Below, piece after piece: positions 40,692 to 50,082 of a stretch of DNA of 64,000 nucleotides; position 1 is the first letter of the stretch; every line of letters starts with the position of its first letter. The DNA comes from Acidobacteriota bacterium (GTDB taxonomy: Bacteria; Acidobacteriota; Thermoanaerobaculia; Gp7-AA8). The DNA is taken from contig JAFATB010000025.1 of the NCBI GenBank assembly GCA_019244185.1, positions 288,001-352,000 on the forward strand, given 5' to 3'. The notes below the pieces were generated by a model, which saw only the letters and a program-made list of their open reading frames with translations, ran no database searches and had not been told where the DNA came from. Position numbers and translations under genes: made by a program.

Positions 40692-41246
40692 ATGAAGCAC
40701 GTCGTCCTCGCGCTCCTCGCCTTCGCCGCCCTCGCGTGCTCGCAGGAGCAGCCGGCCGTCACCGGCACGGTCGACACGCGGGAGCCGATCCGCGTGTCGT
40801 ACGTCGGCGCGCCTGAGCTGCCGGTGCATGCGAAGGCGGACGATCAGTCCGAGGTCATCGCGACGTATCAGAACGGCGAGGCGATGTCGGTGCTCTCGGA
40901 GAAAGGCGACTGGGTCGAGGTGCGCAGCGGCGACGGCTCGGGATGGGCGCACAAGACCGATCTCACGACCGCCGAAGCGAAGCGCTCGGCGGAGGAGAAC
41001 CCGGAGCCGAAGTTCCGGATCATGCCGCTCCCCGTCTCCGCGCCAGGCGCGCACGGCGAGGTCTACATCGAGGCGGACGTGAACACCGACGGCGACGTCA
41101 CCGCCACGCGCCTCATCAGCAACAGCACCGGCTCGACCGCGCTCGCGGCGCAGAACGAGAACGCGCTCAAGAGCGCGAAGTTCTACCCGATCATCGTCCG
41201 CAACGAACGGCGCGCGTTCAAGTACTACCACCGCGTGAGTTATTGA
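40692..41246 (+). CDS. Lipoprotein with SH3b domain and TonB C-terminal domain
   Basis: Lipobox ALAC; EKGDWVEVRSGDGSGWAH (SH3b); GEVYIEADVNTDGDV…ALKSAKFYP (TonB_C). Confidence 0.78.
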   Translation: MKHVVLALLAFAALACSQEQPAVTGTVDTREPIRVSYVGAPELPVHAKADDQSEVIATYQNGEAMSVLSEKGDWVEVRSGDGSGWAHKTDLTTAEAKRSAEENPEPKFRIMPLPVSAPGAHGEVYIEADVNTDGDVTATRLISNSTGSTALAAQNENALKSAKFYPIIVRNERRAFKYYHRVSY

Positions 41247-41277
41247 GGTAGGGAAAGCAGGCGTCCGCGGCACTCCT
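41247..41277 (+). promoter_or_regulatory. Shared upstream motif copy 2 (GGTAGGGA-N13-CGGCACTCCT)
   Basis: ggtagggaaagcaggcgtccgcggcactcct, followed by RBS AGGAGG and the GTG at 41299. Confidence 0.55.
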
Positions 41278-41298
41278 TCTTTCAGGAGGACCGCATCC

Positions 41299-43077
41299 GT
41301 GGAAACGCGTTTCACTCATCGTCCGCTCCGCGTCTACGCGTTCGATCCCAGCCAGGGCCGCGGCCTCGGCAACTTCATGACCGTCAAGCTGCCGTACGAG
41401 CAGCTGCAGCCCGGTCCGAGCGGCGCCTACATCTCCGTCATCGACTACGACGCGGCAAACGGCGTCTACTACCAGCCGGTCGACCTCAACGACTTCAGCG
41501 TCCTCCTCTACGGCGGCCTCGCGCCGACCGAGCTCGATCCGCGTTTCCACCAGCAGATGGTCTACGCCGTGGCGCGCGAGACGATGCATCACTTCGAGCG
41601 CGCGCTCGGGCGCCGCCTCAAGTGGGGCTTCCACAAGCGCGAGCCGCTGCGCATCTTCCCGCACGCGATGCAGGAGGCGAACGCGTACTACGACCGCAAC
41701 GTGCACGGGATCCTCTTCGGCTACTTCGCCGCGTCCGCGGAAGATCCCGGACGCAACCTTCCCGGACAGACGATCTACACGTGCCTCTCGCACGACATCA
41801 TCGCGCACGAGACGACTCACGCGATCCTCGACGGCCAGCGTCCGAACTTCATGCAGGACACGAACGCCGACGTCCCCGCCTTCCACGAAGCCTTCGCGGA
41901 CGTGGTCGCGCTCTTCCAGCACTTCAGCTACCGCGAGGCGCTGCGCGACACGATGATCCGCACGGGCGGCCAGCTCTTCCGCGACCGCGTCGATGCGAGG
42001 CTGCCGATCGCGAACGACGGCGACGCCGTCGTCGGCGCGCAGCTCGGCCGCAACAATCCGCTGATCGACCTCGCGCGCCAGTTCGGCGAGTCCACCGCGC
42101 GCCGCGGCGCCCTCCGCTCCGCCCTCGGCACCAAGCCGAACACGCGCGCGCTCGACTTCACCAGCGAGCCGCACGAGCGCGGCTCGATCCTCGTGGCGGC
42201 GATCTTCGACGCGTACTTTACGGCGCTGCAGAACCGCACGGCGGATCTCTATCGCATCGCGCGCGCGGGCGGAGCGTCCGTGACCACGAACGAGTTGCAT
42301 CCCGATCTCGCCGAGCGCCTCTGCGACGAGGCGGCGAAGACGGCCGAGCACTTCCTCACGTTGTGCATCCGCGCGATCGACTACTGCCCGCCGGTCGACA
42401 TCACGTTCGGCGATTACCTGCGCGCGCTCATCACCGCGGACACGGACGTCGAGCCGGAGGACCGTCACGACTACCGCGAGGCGCTCATCGAGGCGTTCCG
42501 CTCGCGCGGCATCACCATCGACAGCGCGGCCTCGCTCTCGCAGGACGCGCTGCGCTGGCGCGGCGTCAGCGTCGCGAAGGGCGAGCGGGAGCCGTGCTGC
42601 GAACCGCTCACATTCGATCTCAACAGCGAAGATCCTCGGAAAGACGAAAATTATCGCCGCGTATGGACGTTCGCCCAGGAGTTCTGGCGACCGCTCCGCC
42701 TCGCCGAAAAATATGACTCCAGGAAACCTGGAAACATCGCCTGTCAGGTGCAGTCGGTGATTCCGGTCGTACGGTCAGTGGAAGGACGCGCGCGCATCGA
42801 GATCGTTGCCGAGATCGTGCAGCGCGACGACATCCGGCTCGATCCGAACGATGATACAAGCCCGCTAATTCGCGTTTATGGTGGGTCCACCGTCCACCTC
42901 AACTACGACGGCTCCGTACGCTACATCATCCACCGCTCGCTCGACGACGACGAACGCCTCAGCAAGATCCGCGATTACTGGCAGACCAAGCGCGCGGGCA
43001 ACGCGCGGCTCACGTACGTCACTGATGACGCGATCGACACCACGTTGAAGTTCTGTGCGGTACACAGGGGGCTGTGA
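41299..43077 (+). CDS. Cytoplasmic thermolysin-like (M4/M36 gluzincin) metallopeptidase
   Basis: ANAYY, DIIAHETTHA (HExxH), downstream HEAFAD third ligand, EPHERGSI. No signal peptide. Confidence 0.82.
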   Translation: METRFTHRPLRVYAFDPSQGRGLGNFMTVKLPYEQLQPGPSGAYISVIDYDAANGVYYQPVDLNDFSVLLYGGLAPTELDPRFHQQMVYAVARETMHHFERALGRRLKWGFHKREPLRIFPHAMQEANAYYDRNVHGILFGYFAASAEDPGRNLPGQTIYTCLSHDIIAHETTHAILDGQRPNFMQDTNADVPAFHEAFADVVALFQHFSYREALRDTMIRTGGQLFRDRVDARLPIANDGDAVVGAQLGRNNPLIDLARQFGESTARRGALRSALGTKPNTRALDFTSEPHERGSILVAAIFDAYFTALQNRTADLYRIARAGGASVTTNELHPDLAERLCDEAAKTAEHFLTLCIRAIDYCPPVDITFGDYLRALITADTDVEPEDRHDYREALIEAFRSRGITIDSAASLSQDALRWRGVSVAKGEREPCCEPLTFDLNSEDPRKDENYRRVWTFAQEFWRPLRLAEKYDSRKPGNIACQVQSVIPVVRSVEGRARIEIVAEIVQRDDIRLDPNDDTSPLIRVYGGSTVHLNYDGSVRYIIHRSLDDDERLSKIRDYWQTKRAGNARLTYVTDDAIDTTLKFCAVHRGL

Positions 43078-43078
43078 A

Positions 43079-44353
43079 ATGACGACCAAATCGACTGCGA
43101 CGAAACTGCTTCCAAAGCACAAGCTGCGCGTGCGCATGTACCGCGTCGGCTTCGGCGACTGCTTCCTGCTATCGGTGCCGAACGCCGGCGGGCACGCGCA
43201 CATCCTCATCGACTGCGGTGTGCACTTCAACGGCGACATCCACAGCATGGGCGACGTCATCGACGACATCGCGAAGGTGACTGATAAGAAGCTGGCGCTG
43301 GTCATCGCCACGCACGCGCATCAGGACCACATCTCCGGCTTCGGCGCGTTTCCGGAGAAGTTCAGGGCGTTCGACGTCGGCGAGGTGTGGCTGCCGTGGC
43401 TGGAGAACACCAAGGACAAGGATGCGAAGAAGCTGCGCGCGAAACGCCTCGCGCTCGCGACAACGCTGCGCGCACACTTCACGGCTGCGCCACCGTCCGC
43501 CGCCGATGCCGCGGTCATCGAGGACATTCTCGTCAACGCCACCGGCATCACGAAAACGGGTGTCTCTGCAGCAGGAACGAATGCCGCAGCGATGGATCTG
43601 CTCACCTCCGGATTCCGTGGCCAGGCCAAAGTCCGCTATCTCGCCGCGGGGGAAGAGTTTGCGGACGTCGCCGGCATCAAGGGCTTTCGCGCACGCATCC
43701 TTGCGCCGTCGCGCGACACCTCGTTTCTGGACAAGATGGATCCGCCACTCAGCCAACGTTACAAGCTGAAACTCGGCGATGGCTCCGTCGAGGAACGCGG
43801 CGGCATCAAACCGTTCGACGCAGACTGGGTGTTTACAGACTTCCCAGACGGCAAACCGCCGCTCGATTCGAAAGGTCGTCTCCTATTGCAGAAGGCCATC
43901 GCCTCGCCGATGGACGCGTTCGCGCTCGCGCTCGACAAGGTGCTCAACAACACGAGCCTGGTCGTGCTCTTCCGCTGCGGCGACGAGGCGCTGCTCTTCC
44001 CCGGCGACGCGCAGTGGGGCAACTGGCTCTCGTGGCTCGACGAGAACGGCGACGACGTCCTCTCCGGCGTGACGTTCTACAAGGTCGCACATCACGGCAG
44101 CGTCAACGCGACTCCGAAGCGCGCGCTCGAGGCGATGCAGAAAGGCCGCTTCGCCGCGATGGCCTCGACGCAGAGCAAGCCGTGGCCGTCGATCCCCGCG
44201 CCGAAGCTCATCACCGCCATCGAAGACCGCACCGACGGCCGCTTCGTGCAAAGCGACTCCCTCCCGGTCGCGGACGCACCGGAAGGACCGAAGCTCGGCA
44301 AACTGCCGGCGGCGTTCACGAAGGGCGCGTTGTGGTTCGATTACATCGCATGA
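43079..44353 (+). CDS. MBL-fold metallohydrolase, ComEC/Rec2-like class
   Basis: YRVGFGDCFL, LIDCG, THAHQDH (HxHxDH), NNTSLV, FPGDAQ, KVAHHGSVN. Starts 1 nt after the peptidase stop. Confidence 0.85.
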   Translation: MTTKSTATKLLPKHKLRVRMYRVGFGDCFLLSVPNAGGHAHILIDCGVHFNGDIHSMGDVIDDIAKVTDKKLALVIATHAHQDHISGFGAFPEKFRAFDVGEVWLPWLENTKDKDAKKLRAKRLALATTLRAHFTAAPPSAADAAVIEDILVNATGITKTGVSAAGTNAAAMDLLTSGFRGQAKVRYLAAGEEFADVAGIKGFRARILAPSRDTSFLDKMDPPLSQRYKLKLGDGSVEERGGIKPFDADWVFTDFPDGKPPLDSKGRLLLQKAIASPMDAFALALDKVLNNTSLVVLFRCGDEALLFPGDAQWGNWLSWLDENGDDVLSGVTFYKVAHHGSVNATPKRALEAMQKGRFAAMASTQSKPWPSIPAPKLITAIEDRTDGRFVQSDSLPVADAPEGPKLGKLPAAFTKGALWFDYIA

Positions 44354-44400
44354 GAAGAGAATCACGTATCGTTGTCTCTCTGTAGAGCAGGAGGCTGATC

Positions 44401-45000
44401 ATGAGTACGATCATCGGAACTCGTCGCTGGACCGTTCTCGCCGCGCTTTTCCTCGCCTCGTTTTTCGGCTCGGCGCTCGTCGCGCAGGAGGTCGAAAGCA
44501 TCGAGGTCTCAGGGTTCGAAGGACACCAGCAGGAAGCCTCCAACTGGTGCTGGGCCGCATCGATCCAGTCGCTGTTCGCCTCGAAAGGCCTCGACGTCGA
44601 TCAGTCCGCGATCGTCGCGGCCGCGTACGGGCAGGTCGTGAACGCAACCGCTCCCGGATTCGAGGGAACCTTGCGCCTGCTCCATACGGTCGTCGTCGAT
44701 ATCGACGGGACTGAATGGGAGGTTCATGCCCGCGCGGGCGCCAGCTATCCCGACGCGCGATGGCTGTTGCAGCGCTTCCGCAACGACGAGCCGGTCATGA
44801 TCTGGTTTCACGACGAGTATGCGAACCATTCGATCGTGATCCACGGCGGCACGTACTATGTGAACGCGGCCGGATCGTTCATGGGCTGGCAGTCGATCGT
44901 CGCATACGATCCGCTGCTCGATACGGACATGACCATCGACGCACGCAACATTCCGCGCTATGTCTACGGCACGTTCGAGGTGTCGATCCGCGAACGCTAA
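44401..45000 (+). CDS. Secreted papain-like cysteine peptidase (C39/C70-like)
   Basis: Signal peptide, QQEASNWCWAAS, NHSIVI, YDP (Q/C/H/D); RBS AGGAGG. Confidence 0.75.
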   Translation: MSTIIGTRRWTVLAALFLASFFGSALVAQEVESIEVSGFEGHQQEASNWCWAASIQSLFASKGLDVDQSAIVAAAYGQVVNATAPGFEGTLRLLHTVVVDIDGTEWEVHARAGASYPDARWLLQRFRNDEPVMIWFHDEYANHSIVIHGGTYYVNAAGSFMGWQSIVAYDPLLDTDMTIDARNIPRYVYGTFEVSIRER

Positions 45001-46346
45001 CGCCACCGGCCGAGCGGTTGCGCCTCGGACCACCAAAGGCGCGCCAAGCGCGAGATCGACGGGTCGATCGCCGCGCCGAGTCCGAGACGCTCCAGCGCGT
45101 CGACGAACGCCGGCGCGACCTCGGGCGATCGCGGACGCATGAGCGGTGTCGCCGTCGACAGGAACAGCCGGAACCACTGGCGCGTGTGCCGTAATGCCTG
45201 CAGATCGGCCGGCGCGGGCGTGCCGGCCGCGAGCTCCATGAATTCCAGCGTCACCGCACCCGACGAATCACCACCGGTGCGATCCATCTCGACGAACGCG
45301 AACCGCTCGCCGTGCCGCGCGAAGATGCGCACAGGCGTCATCACCCGCAGTGACGCCCCTGCCGCTTCGCGAGGCGCGACACGGATGCCGTTGAGCCACA
45401 GAGCATCCGGCTCTTCACTCCAGCGGACGCGCACGCTGCGCAATTGTCCCGATACGATCTCCGGTTCGACGAGCGACGAAGGATCGCCGTCGTATTCATC
45501 ACCAGCCAGCTCGCGCAATTGATCGGCCCGCTCGGCGACCACGTCACGATCGGCGTCGCGCTGGGCGACGTCCCGCAGCCAGCGCAGCACCGCAAATGGC
45601 GCCGCGACGACACCCGTGCGTACCCGCGATTCCAGACTGTCCTCATCCTCGCCGCGCGGACGCTCCGGCGCCACGGCCAGCAGCAGCCGCCACGCCGTGC
45701 GATCCGCGGCGACCTCTTCGTCCACCGAATGCTCTTTCGCCGCGTGATGACCGGCGAGCACGTGCCCAACCTCGTGAGCCACGACGAAGCCGATCGTGCC
45801 GAGCAGCACGGTGGCCGCTTGCGGTCCGGCGCATTTCTCCACGGTCTGCGGACACCGAATGAGCTGCTGCGGAAGACGCCCGAGGAACAGTTCCGAGATC
45901 GAATTGAGGAGAGGCAGCACCGTACGTCTGCGGTACGGCGTCAGCAGCAGCGACTGCGGAATCGGCAACTCCCCATGGTGCAGCACGTAGAGATCGCGAC
46001 CGAGATACATCCCAAGTGCGATCAGCTGACTCAATGCGTCCTTGGAAACATAAACCGTCGTGCCATCGGTCCACGCCGGAGGTCCGTTGTCGTCATCGAT
46101 GGGTCGCACGACCATGCGCGCGAATCGCTTCTGCTCGGATGCGGTCATCCCGCTCGCCAGCATCTCGCGGGTCGTGGCGAGCATCGCGTCCTCGAACTCT
46201 TCGAAATCCGCCTGCGTCCACGCCGCGGGAGGCTTGTTCTGCAAGCGCTTCAGCCGTTCCTGAAGTGCGGGCGATGGCTGCGCACGAAGAGACGGTACGG
46301 CGAGCAGCGCCGCGATCAGCAACAGCGTCGTTCGAGCGAGTCTCAC
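44997..46346 (-). CDS. Secreted HExxH zinc metallopeptidase (M48/ImmA-IrrE-like) with C-terminal extension
   Basis: GTG start overlapping the upstream stop, signal peptide …VPSLRA-Q, PAWT, FVVAHEVGHVL, EVAADRTA. Confidence 0.7.
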   Translation of the reverse strand: MRLARTTLLLIAALLAVPSLRAQPSPALQERLKRLQNKPPAAWTQADFEEFEDAMLATTREMLASGMTASEQKRFARMVVRPIDDDNGPPAWTDGTTVYVSKDALSQLIALGMYLGRDLYVLHHGELPIPQSLLLTPYRRRTVLPLLNSISELFLGRLPQQLIRCPQTVEKCAGPQAATVLLGTIGFVVAHEVGHVLAGHHAAKEHSVDEEVAADRTAWRLLLAVAPERPRGEDEDSLESRVRTGVVAAPFAVLRWLRDVAQRDADRDVVAERADQLRELAGDEYDGDPSSLVEPEIVSGQLRSVRVRWSEEPDALWLNGIRVAPREAAGASLRVMTPVRIFARHGERFAFVEMDRTGGDSSGAVTLEFMELAAGTPAPADLQALRHTRQWFRLFLSTATPLMRPRSPEVAPAFVDALERLGLGAAIDPSISRLARLWWSEAQPLGRWR

Positions 46347-47452
46347 GGCTTCGGTACGTCGATCGGGATGCGCGCGTCGCGCGCGAGGTCGATTTCCGCG
46401 CTGTATACGATGCGCGTCCCGTCGGCGGCGCGAATCCCGTAATGTCCCGGTGGCAGCCGCAGAACGCAACGCGTGTAGCGAAGCCACTGCGTGCCGCGCG
46501 AACGCGGTCCGCGATCCGTGATGGTGATGAAAAGCGGCTTCCGCGCGTCGATGTCGATGATGCCCGAGGGTGTCTTCCAAAACTCCGCAACGCTGACGAG
46601 ATCCGTCATCAGCGCACCTGGACTGAGGTTCGGCGATTCCGCGGACACGCGTGCGGTGTGGAGCACCGCGGCGAGTGCGGCGCCCCCGGCCGCGCCGCTC
46701 GCTGGCTGGCCGTCGTGAATGGTCGAGTAGCGGACGGTGTCCAGCAGGGTCTCCGCGAGCTCACAGCGGTCGCCCTTCGGGACCTCCACGCGTTGCCGTG
46801 CAGCCATACGATTCACCAGCGCGATGGCATCCGCCTGCGCGCTCGACGGCAGTTCGACGGACCGCGACTTGGCCCAATCGCGGACGCAGCCGACAGAGGT
46901 TTGTGCCGATGCGACACGCGGTACGACAAGGGTGATGATGATCGCGGCCGCGACTGCGGCACGGCGCGGGCCCCGAAAGAGCGCGACCGCAATCACCATG
47001 ACCGCCACGAAGAGGAACCAGAACTGGCAGAGAATCGGGTAGTTCAGAATGGGTCCGAACATATCGTCGAGCGACGCCTCCATGCACCGGCTCGCGCCGA
47101 TCTGGTAAAGAAATGCGGCATACATCGCGCTGAGAAGAAGGCCCGCGGCGGAGAAGATCCCGCGCTCGACCGAGGCCGCACGTCGCGCGCCCGAAAGCAC
47201 GAAGGCCACGAGCGCGCCAAAGGCGGTGAAGGCAATCTTGAACAGGAGTTCGGACGTCGAGTTCCGTGATTCGAGATAGAGCTTCTGCACGTCCGTTGCG
47301 TTTCCCGTGTATGAGCGCGCAACGGCACCGGGTTTCGTCAGAAGCCCGGCGTCTGCGCAACGATAAAGCAGCGTCGCGATGCTCATTCCAACGAGCATCG
47401 TTCCGAAAAACAGGAGCAGCGGAGAACGCAGGCGCTCGCGCCATTTTCTCAT
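46343..47452 (-). CDS. Hypothetical multi-TM membrane protein with C-terminal soluble domain
   Basis: ATGA overlap with the upstream gene, 4-5 hydrophobic segments, LPPGHYGI beta-type C-terminus. Confidence 0.62.
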   Translation of the reverse strand: MRKWRERLRSPLLLFFGTMLVGMSIATLLYRCADAGLLTKPGAVARSYTGNATDVQKLYLESRNSTSELLFKIAFTAFGALVAFVLSGARRAASVERGIFSAAGLLLSAMYAAFLYQIGASRCMEASLDDMFGPILNYPILCQFWFLFVAVMVIAVALFRGPRRAAVAAAIIITLVVPRVASAQTSVGCVRDWAKSRSVELPSSAQADAIALVNRMAARQRVEVPKGDRCELAETLLDTVRYSTIHDGQPASGAAGGAALAAVLHTARVSAESPNLSPGALMTDLVSVAEFWKTPSGIIDIDARKPLFITITDRGPRSRGTQWLRYTRCVLRLPPGHYGIRAADGTRIVYSAEIDLARDARIPIDVPKP

Positions 47453-48270
47453 CGCTGGACCTCTCGCAATGCCGCGTCGTAGACGGATTTCGCCTGCTGC
47501 GCATCGGCATCGTTCATCGCCGCTCGCGCACCGGCGACCGCCGCCGCAACGCGTAGAAATTCGACGCGAAGCTCGATGTCGACGAGATCCGTTCCGGCGT
47601 CGCGCTCGATGTTCCGGATCAGGAGCCAGGCTTCCAGCGTTCTTCCGGCGGCGAGCCATGCGTGCGCCAGCAGAATCGCAGCCGCGAATGCATCGTGGAC
47701 GTTCTCCGCCTGACGCAGGCGATCTTCCAGGTGGGACGCCGCGGCCGCGGCGTTACCCGTCCCAATGCGTCCTTGGAGAACCACGTTCTCGGCCTGCCAG
47801 TAGCCACGACGCGCCAGCACATCGATCTCGCCTTCGACGAGAGGCCAGTGCGGCGACTTTGCGTCGAGCAAAGGCACGAGGGCCGTGATTGCGCGCAGTT
47901 TGACGAGCGAGTCCGCTGTATTCACGACTTCGACGAACTGCGCGATCGCCGCTGTCTTTTCACCGCGACGCGACGACTGGGCGGCGTACACGAGAGTCAG
48001 CGCGGCGTTGGTCAGCCCGAGGAGTTCCTCTTCTCGCAGCGACAACGCCGGACCGGCGAGAGAAGCCGCTGCCGCCTTCAACTCCGTCTCCGCTTCATCG
48101 AAGCAGCCGTAGTCATAGTGTTCGAGGCCGCGGCTGTATTGCACGAAAGCGGGCGTTCCGGTGAGGAGGTTCATCTGCACCTGCAGCTCCGGCGGCAGCG
48201 TACAGGCAGCTCGAAGCGGAGCGGCAATCCAGATGACGGCTGCGAGAACCGCGATCGGCAATATGCGCAT
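47449..48270 (-). CDS. Secreted alpha-helical (TPR-like) hypothetical protein
   Basis: Signal peptide MRILPIAVLAAVIWIAAPLRA, Ala-rich helical repeats (YSRGLEHYDYGCFDEAETELKAA). Confidence 0.65.
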   Translation of the reverse strand: MRILPIAVLAAVIWIAAPLRAACTLPPELQVQMNLLTGTPAFVQYSRGLEHYDYGCFDEAETELKAAAASLAGPALSLREEELLGLTNAALTLVYAAQSSRRGEKTAAIAQFVEVVNTADSLVKLRAITALVPLLDAKSPHWPLVEGEIDVLARRGYWQAENVVLQGRIGTGNAAAAASHLEDRLRQAENVHDAFAAAILLAHAWLAAGRTLEAWLLIRNIERDAGTDLVDIELRVEFLRVAAAVAGARAAMNDADAQQAKSVYDAALREVQR

Positions 48271-48365
48271 CGTGCTGGAGTTCCGAGCAGAGTGTAGCCG
48301 CTACAGGTGCCGGAGGAAGAACTTCATGGAGGCGGTTGTTGCGCACACACCACATTCTTCGCCCT

Positions 48366-49340
48366 ATGAACGACACTCCTTCGACTCACGAATTCTTCGT
48401 TCACGCATCGGATGGCCGCGACTACCCGACCGATCTCGCCGCACTCCGCGAATGGGTGCGTTCGAACCGAATACGCCCGGACCAGTACGTCTACTCCTCC
48501 GCGACTGGGCAGTGGATGCACGCACGCGACGTCGCGCAGTTACGCGATCTGTTTACGAGCCGTAGTCAAAACACGCGCTCGTCGCCACTGCCGATCGGTC
48601 TCCTTGCCACGATTGGAGTGATCGTCGCCGCCGGGTTCGCGATCATGCTCGGCTTCATCGTGCAGGGTTCGTCTCATTCGACCGGATCCGCGAGCCAATC
48701 GACGCCCCTTGCATCGCCTGAGACGATGGAGCCGCCGGCCGCACACACGACGCCTGCTCAGCAACGCGTCGCGGCCGCTGCTGCGCTCCAGCACATCTTC
48801 GACGAATCCGACTTCAAAGGATGGCAGCTCGCATTCGCCGCGCGCGGCAACCGCTGCGATGTATTGCACGTCGAAGGCGACGTCAATCTCTATCCCGAAA
48901 TGATGGAAGCGCTCGGCCACGGCACTGTCGCGTATGGCAAAGTGCTCCCCGGCGGCGTGAATCAATATGCGTTCAATGCCGGGTTTCGGGACGTCGTCTA
49001 TACGAATCCCGGCAACGCGAAATACCGAGCCTTCGGTTCCTCGAAGCTCACGGGCGCACACGCGCGGAAAGCAAGGCGCTGTACAGATGCCATCGCGGCC
49101 GCGCTCGATCCGGCGGCGGAGCAGCCGGTCGTTCGTCCTGAGGCGCCCGACTTCGTGCAGCTTTCATGGGACAACGCGGCGGTGGGCACGCGGCTGTACG
49201 ACGGCTCCTATCGCTACGACGCTACGATTCTCTCCCTCGATCGACCGAACGACCTGATGAAGGTTCGCTACCGCTCCGGTGCAGTCGAGCCGAAGCAGCT
49301 CTCTGCGGTCGCGCCGTACTGGTACGTGAATCAGAAGTAG
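48366..49340 (+). CDS. Membrane protein with N-terminal GYF_2-like domain
   Basis: FVHASDGRDYPTDLAALREWVRSNRIRPDQYVYSSATGQWMHA, single TM, extracytoplasmic C-terminal region. Confidence 0.65.
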   Translation: MNDTPSTHEFFVHASDGRDYPTDLAALREWVRSNRIRPDQYVYSSATGQWMHARDVAQLRDLFTSRSQNTRSSPLPIGLLATIGVIVAAGFAIMLGFIVQGSSHSTGSASQSTPLASPETMEPPAAHTTPAQQRVAAAAALQHIFDESDFKGWQLAFAARGNRCDVLHVEGDVNLYPEMMEALGHGTVAYGKVLPGGVNQYAFNAGFRDVVYTNPGNAKYRAFGSSKLTGAHARKARRCTDAIAAALDPAAEQPVVRPEAPDFVQLSWDNAAVGTRLYDGSYRYDATILSLDRPNDLMKVRYRSGAVEPKQLSAVAPYWYVNQK

Positions 49341-49432
49341 AACGGTCGCGCCGCGCCGTACGGCAGTTTGAAGCCGCGGCGTCGAGCTCCGCTCCGAGCC
49401 ATCGGGAACAATCCGTCCACTGCCGCGTCCTT

Positions 49433-49457
49433 CTGACTGAAAGCCGATTCCAGTCAG
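49433..49457. promoter_or_regulatory. Inverted repeat CTGACTG-N11-CAGTCAG, candidate TetR operator
   Basis: Palindrome directly upstream of, and overlapping the RBS of, the TetR gene. Confidence 0.5.
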
Positions 49458-49467
49458 GAGTCACGAC

Positions 49468-50082
49468 ATGCGTGGAGCGGTTGCCGTTCGGGAAGACGTT
49501 CGCGAGCTGATCCTCGACGCCACGGAGCGTCTGCTGGTCCGCTACGGGTACGCGAAGATGACGATGGACGATCTCGCACGCGAGGTCGGGGTCGGCAAGG
49601 GCACGCTGTACCTCCACTTCGCGAGCAAGGAAGAGGTCGTGCTGTCGCGCATCGACCGCATCGTCGCGCAGATCGTCGGGGAACTGCGTGCGATCGCGGC
49701 GCGGAAGCGCGATGCCGGCGCGCGGCTGCGGGAGATGCTCGCCGCGCGCGTGCTGCTGCGCTTCGACCGCGCGCGCGGCTACGCGCAGAGCATGGACGCG
49801 ATGCTCGCGGCCATCCGGCCCGGACTGCTCGCGCGGCGCGAGAAACATTTTGCGGCCGAGGCGGCGGTGTTTCAGGAACTGCTCGAAGAGGCCGCGCGCG
49901 ACGGGACGTTTCGCGTAGCGAATCCCGCGGCGGCGGCGCAGGCGCTGCTCATCGCCACGAACGCGCTGCTCCCCTACAGCCTCACCGCGCGCCAGCTCGG
50001 CAGCCGCCGCGCGATCGAGGAACGCGTCTCCACTCTCGCCACGCTGCTCGTCGACGGACTGCGGTCCCGGAGGAAATCATGA
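49468..50082 (+). CDS. TetR/AcrR family transcriptional regulator
   Basis: ILDATERLL..YGYAKMTMDDLAREVGVGKGTLYLHFASKEEV. Confidence 0.92.
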   Translation: MRGAVAVREDVRELILDATERLLVRYGYAKMTMDDLAREVGVGKGTLYLHFASKEEVVLSRIDRIVAQIVGELRAIAARKRDAGARLREMLAARVLLRFDRARGYAQSMDAMLAAIRPGLLARREKHFAAEAAVFQELLEEAARDGTFRVANPAAAAQALLIATNALLPYSLTARQLGSRRAIEERVSTLATLLVDGLRSRRKS

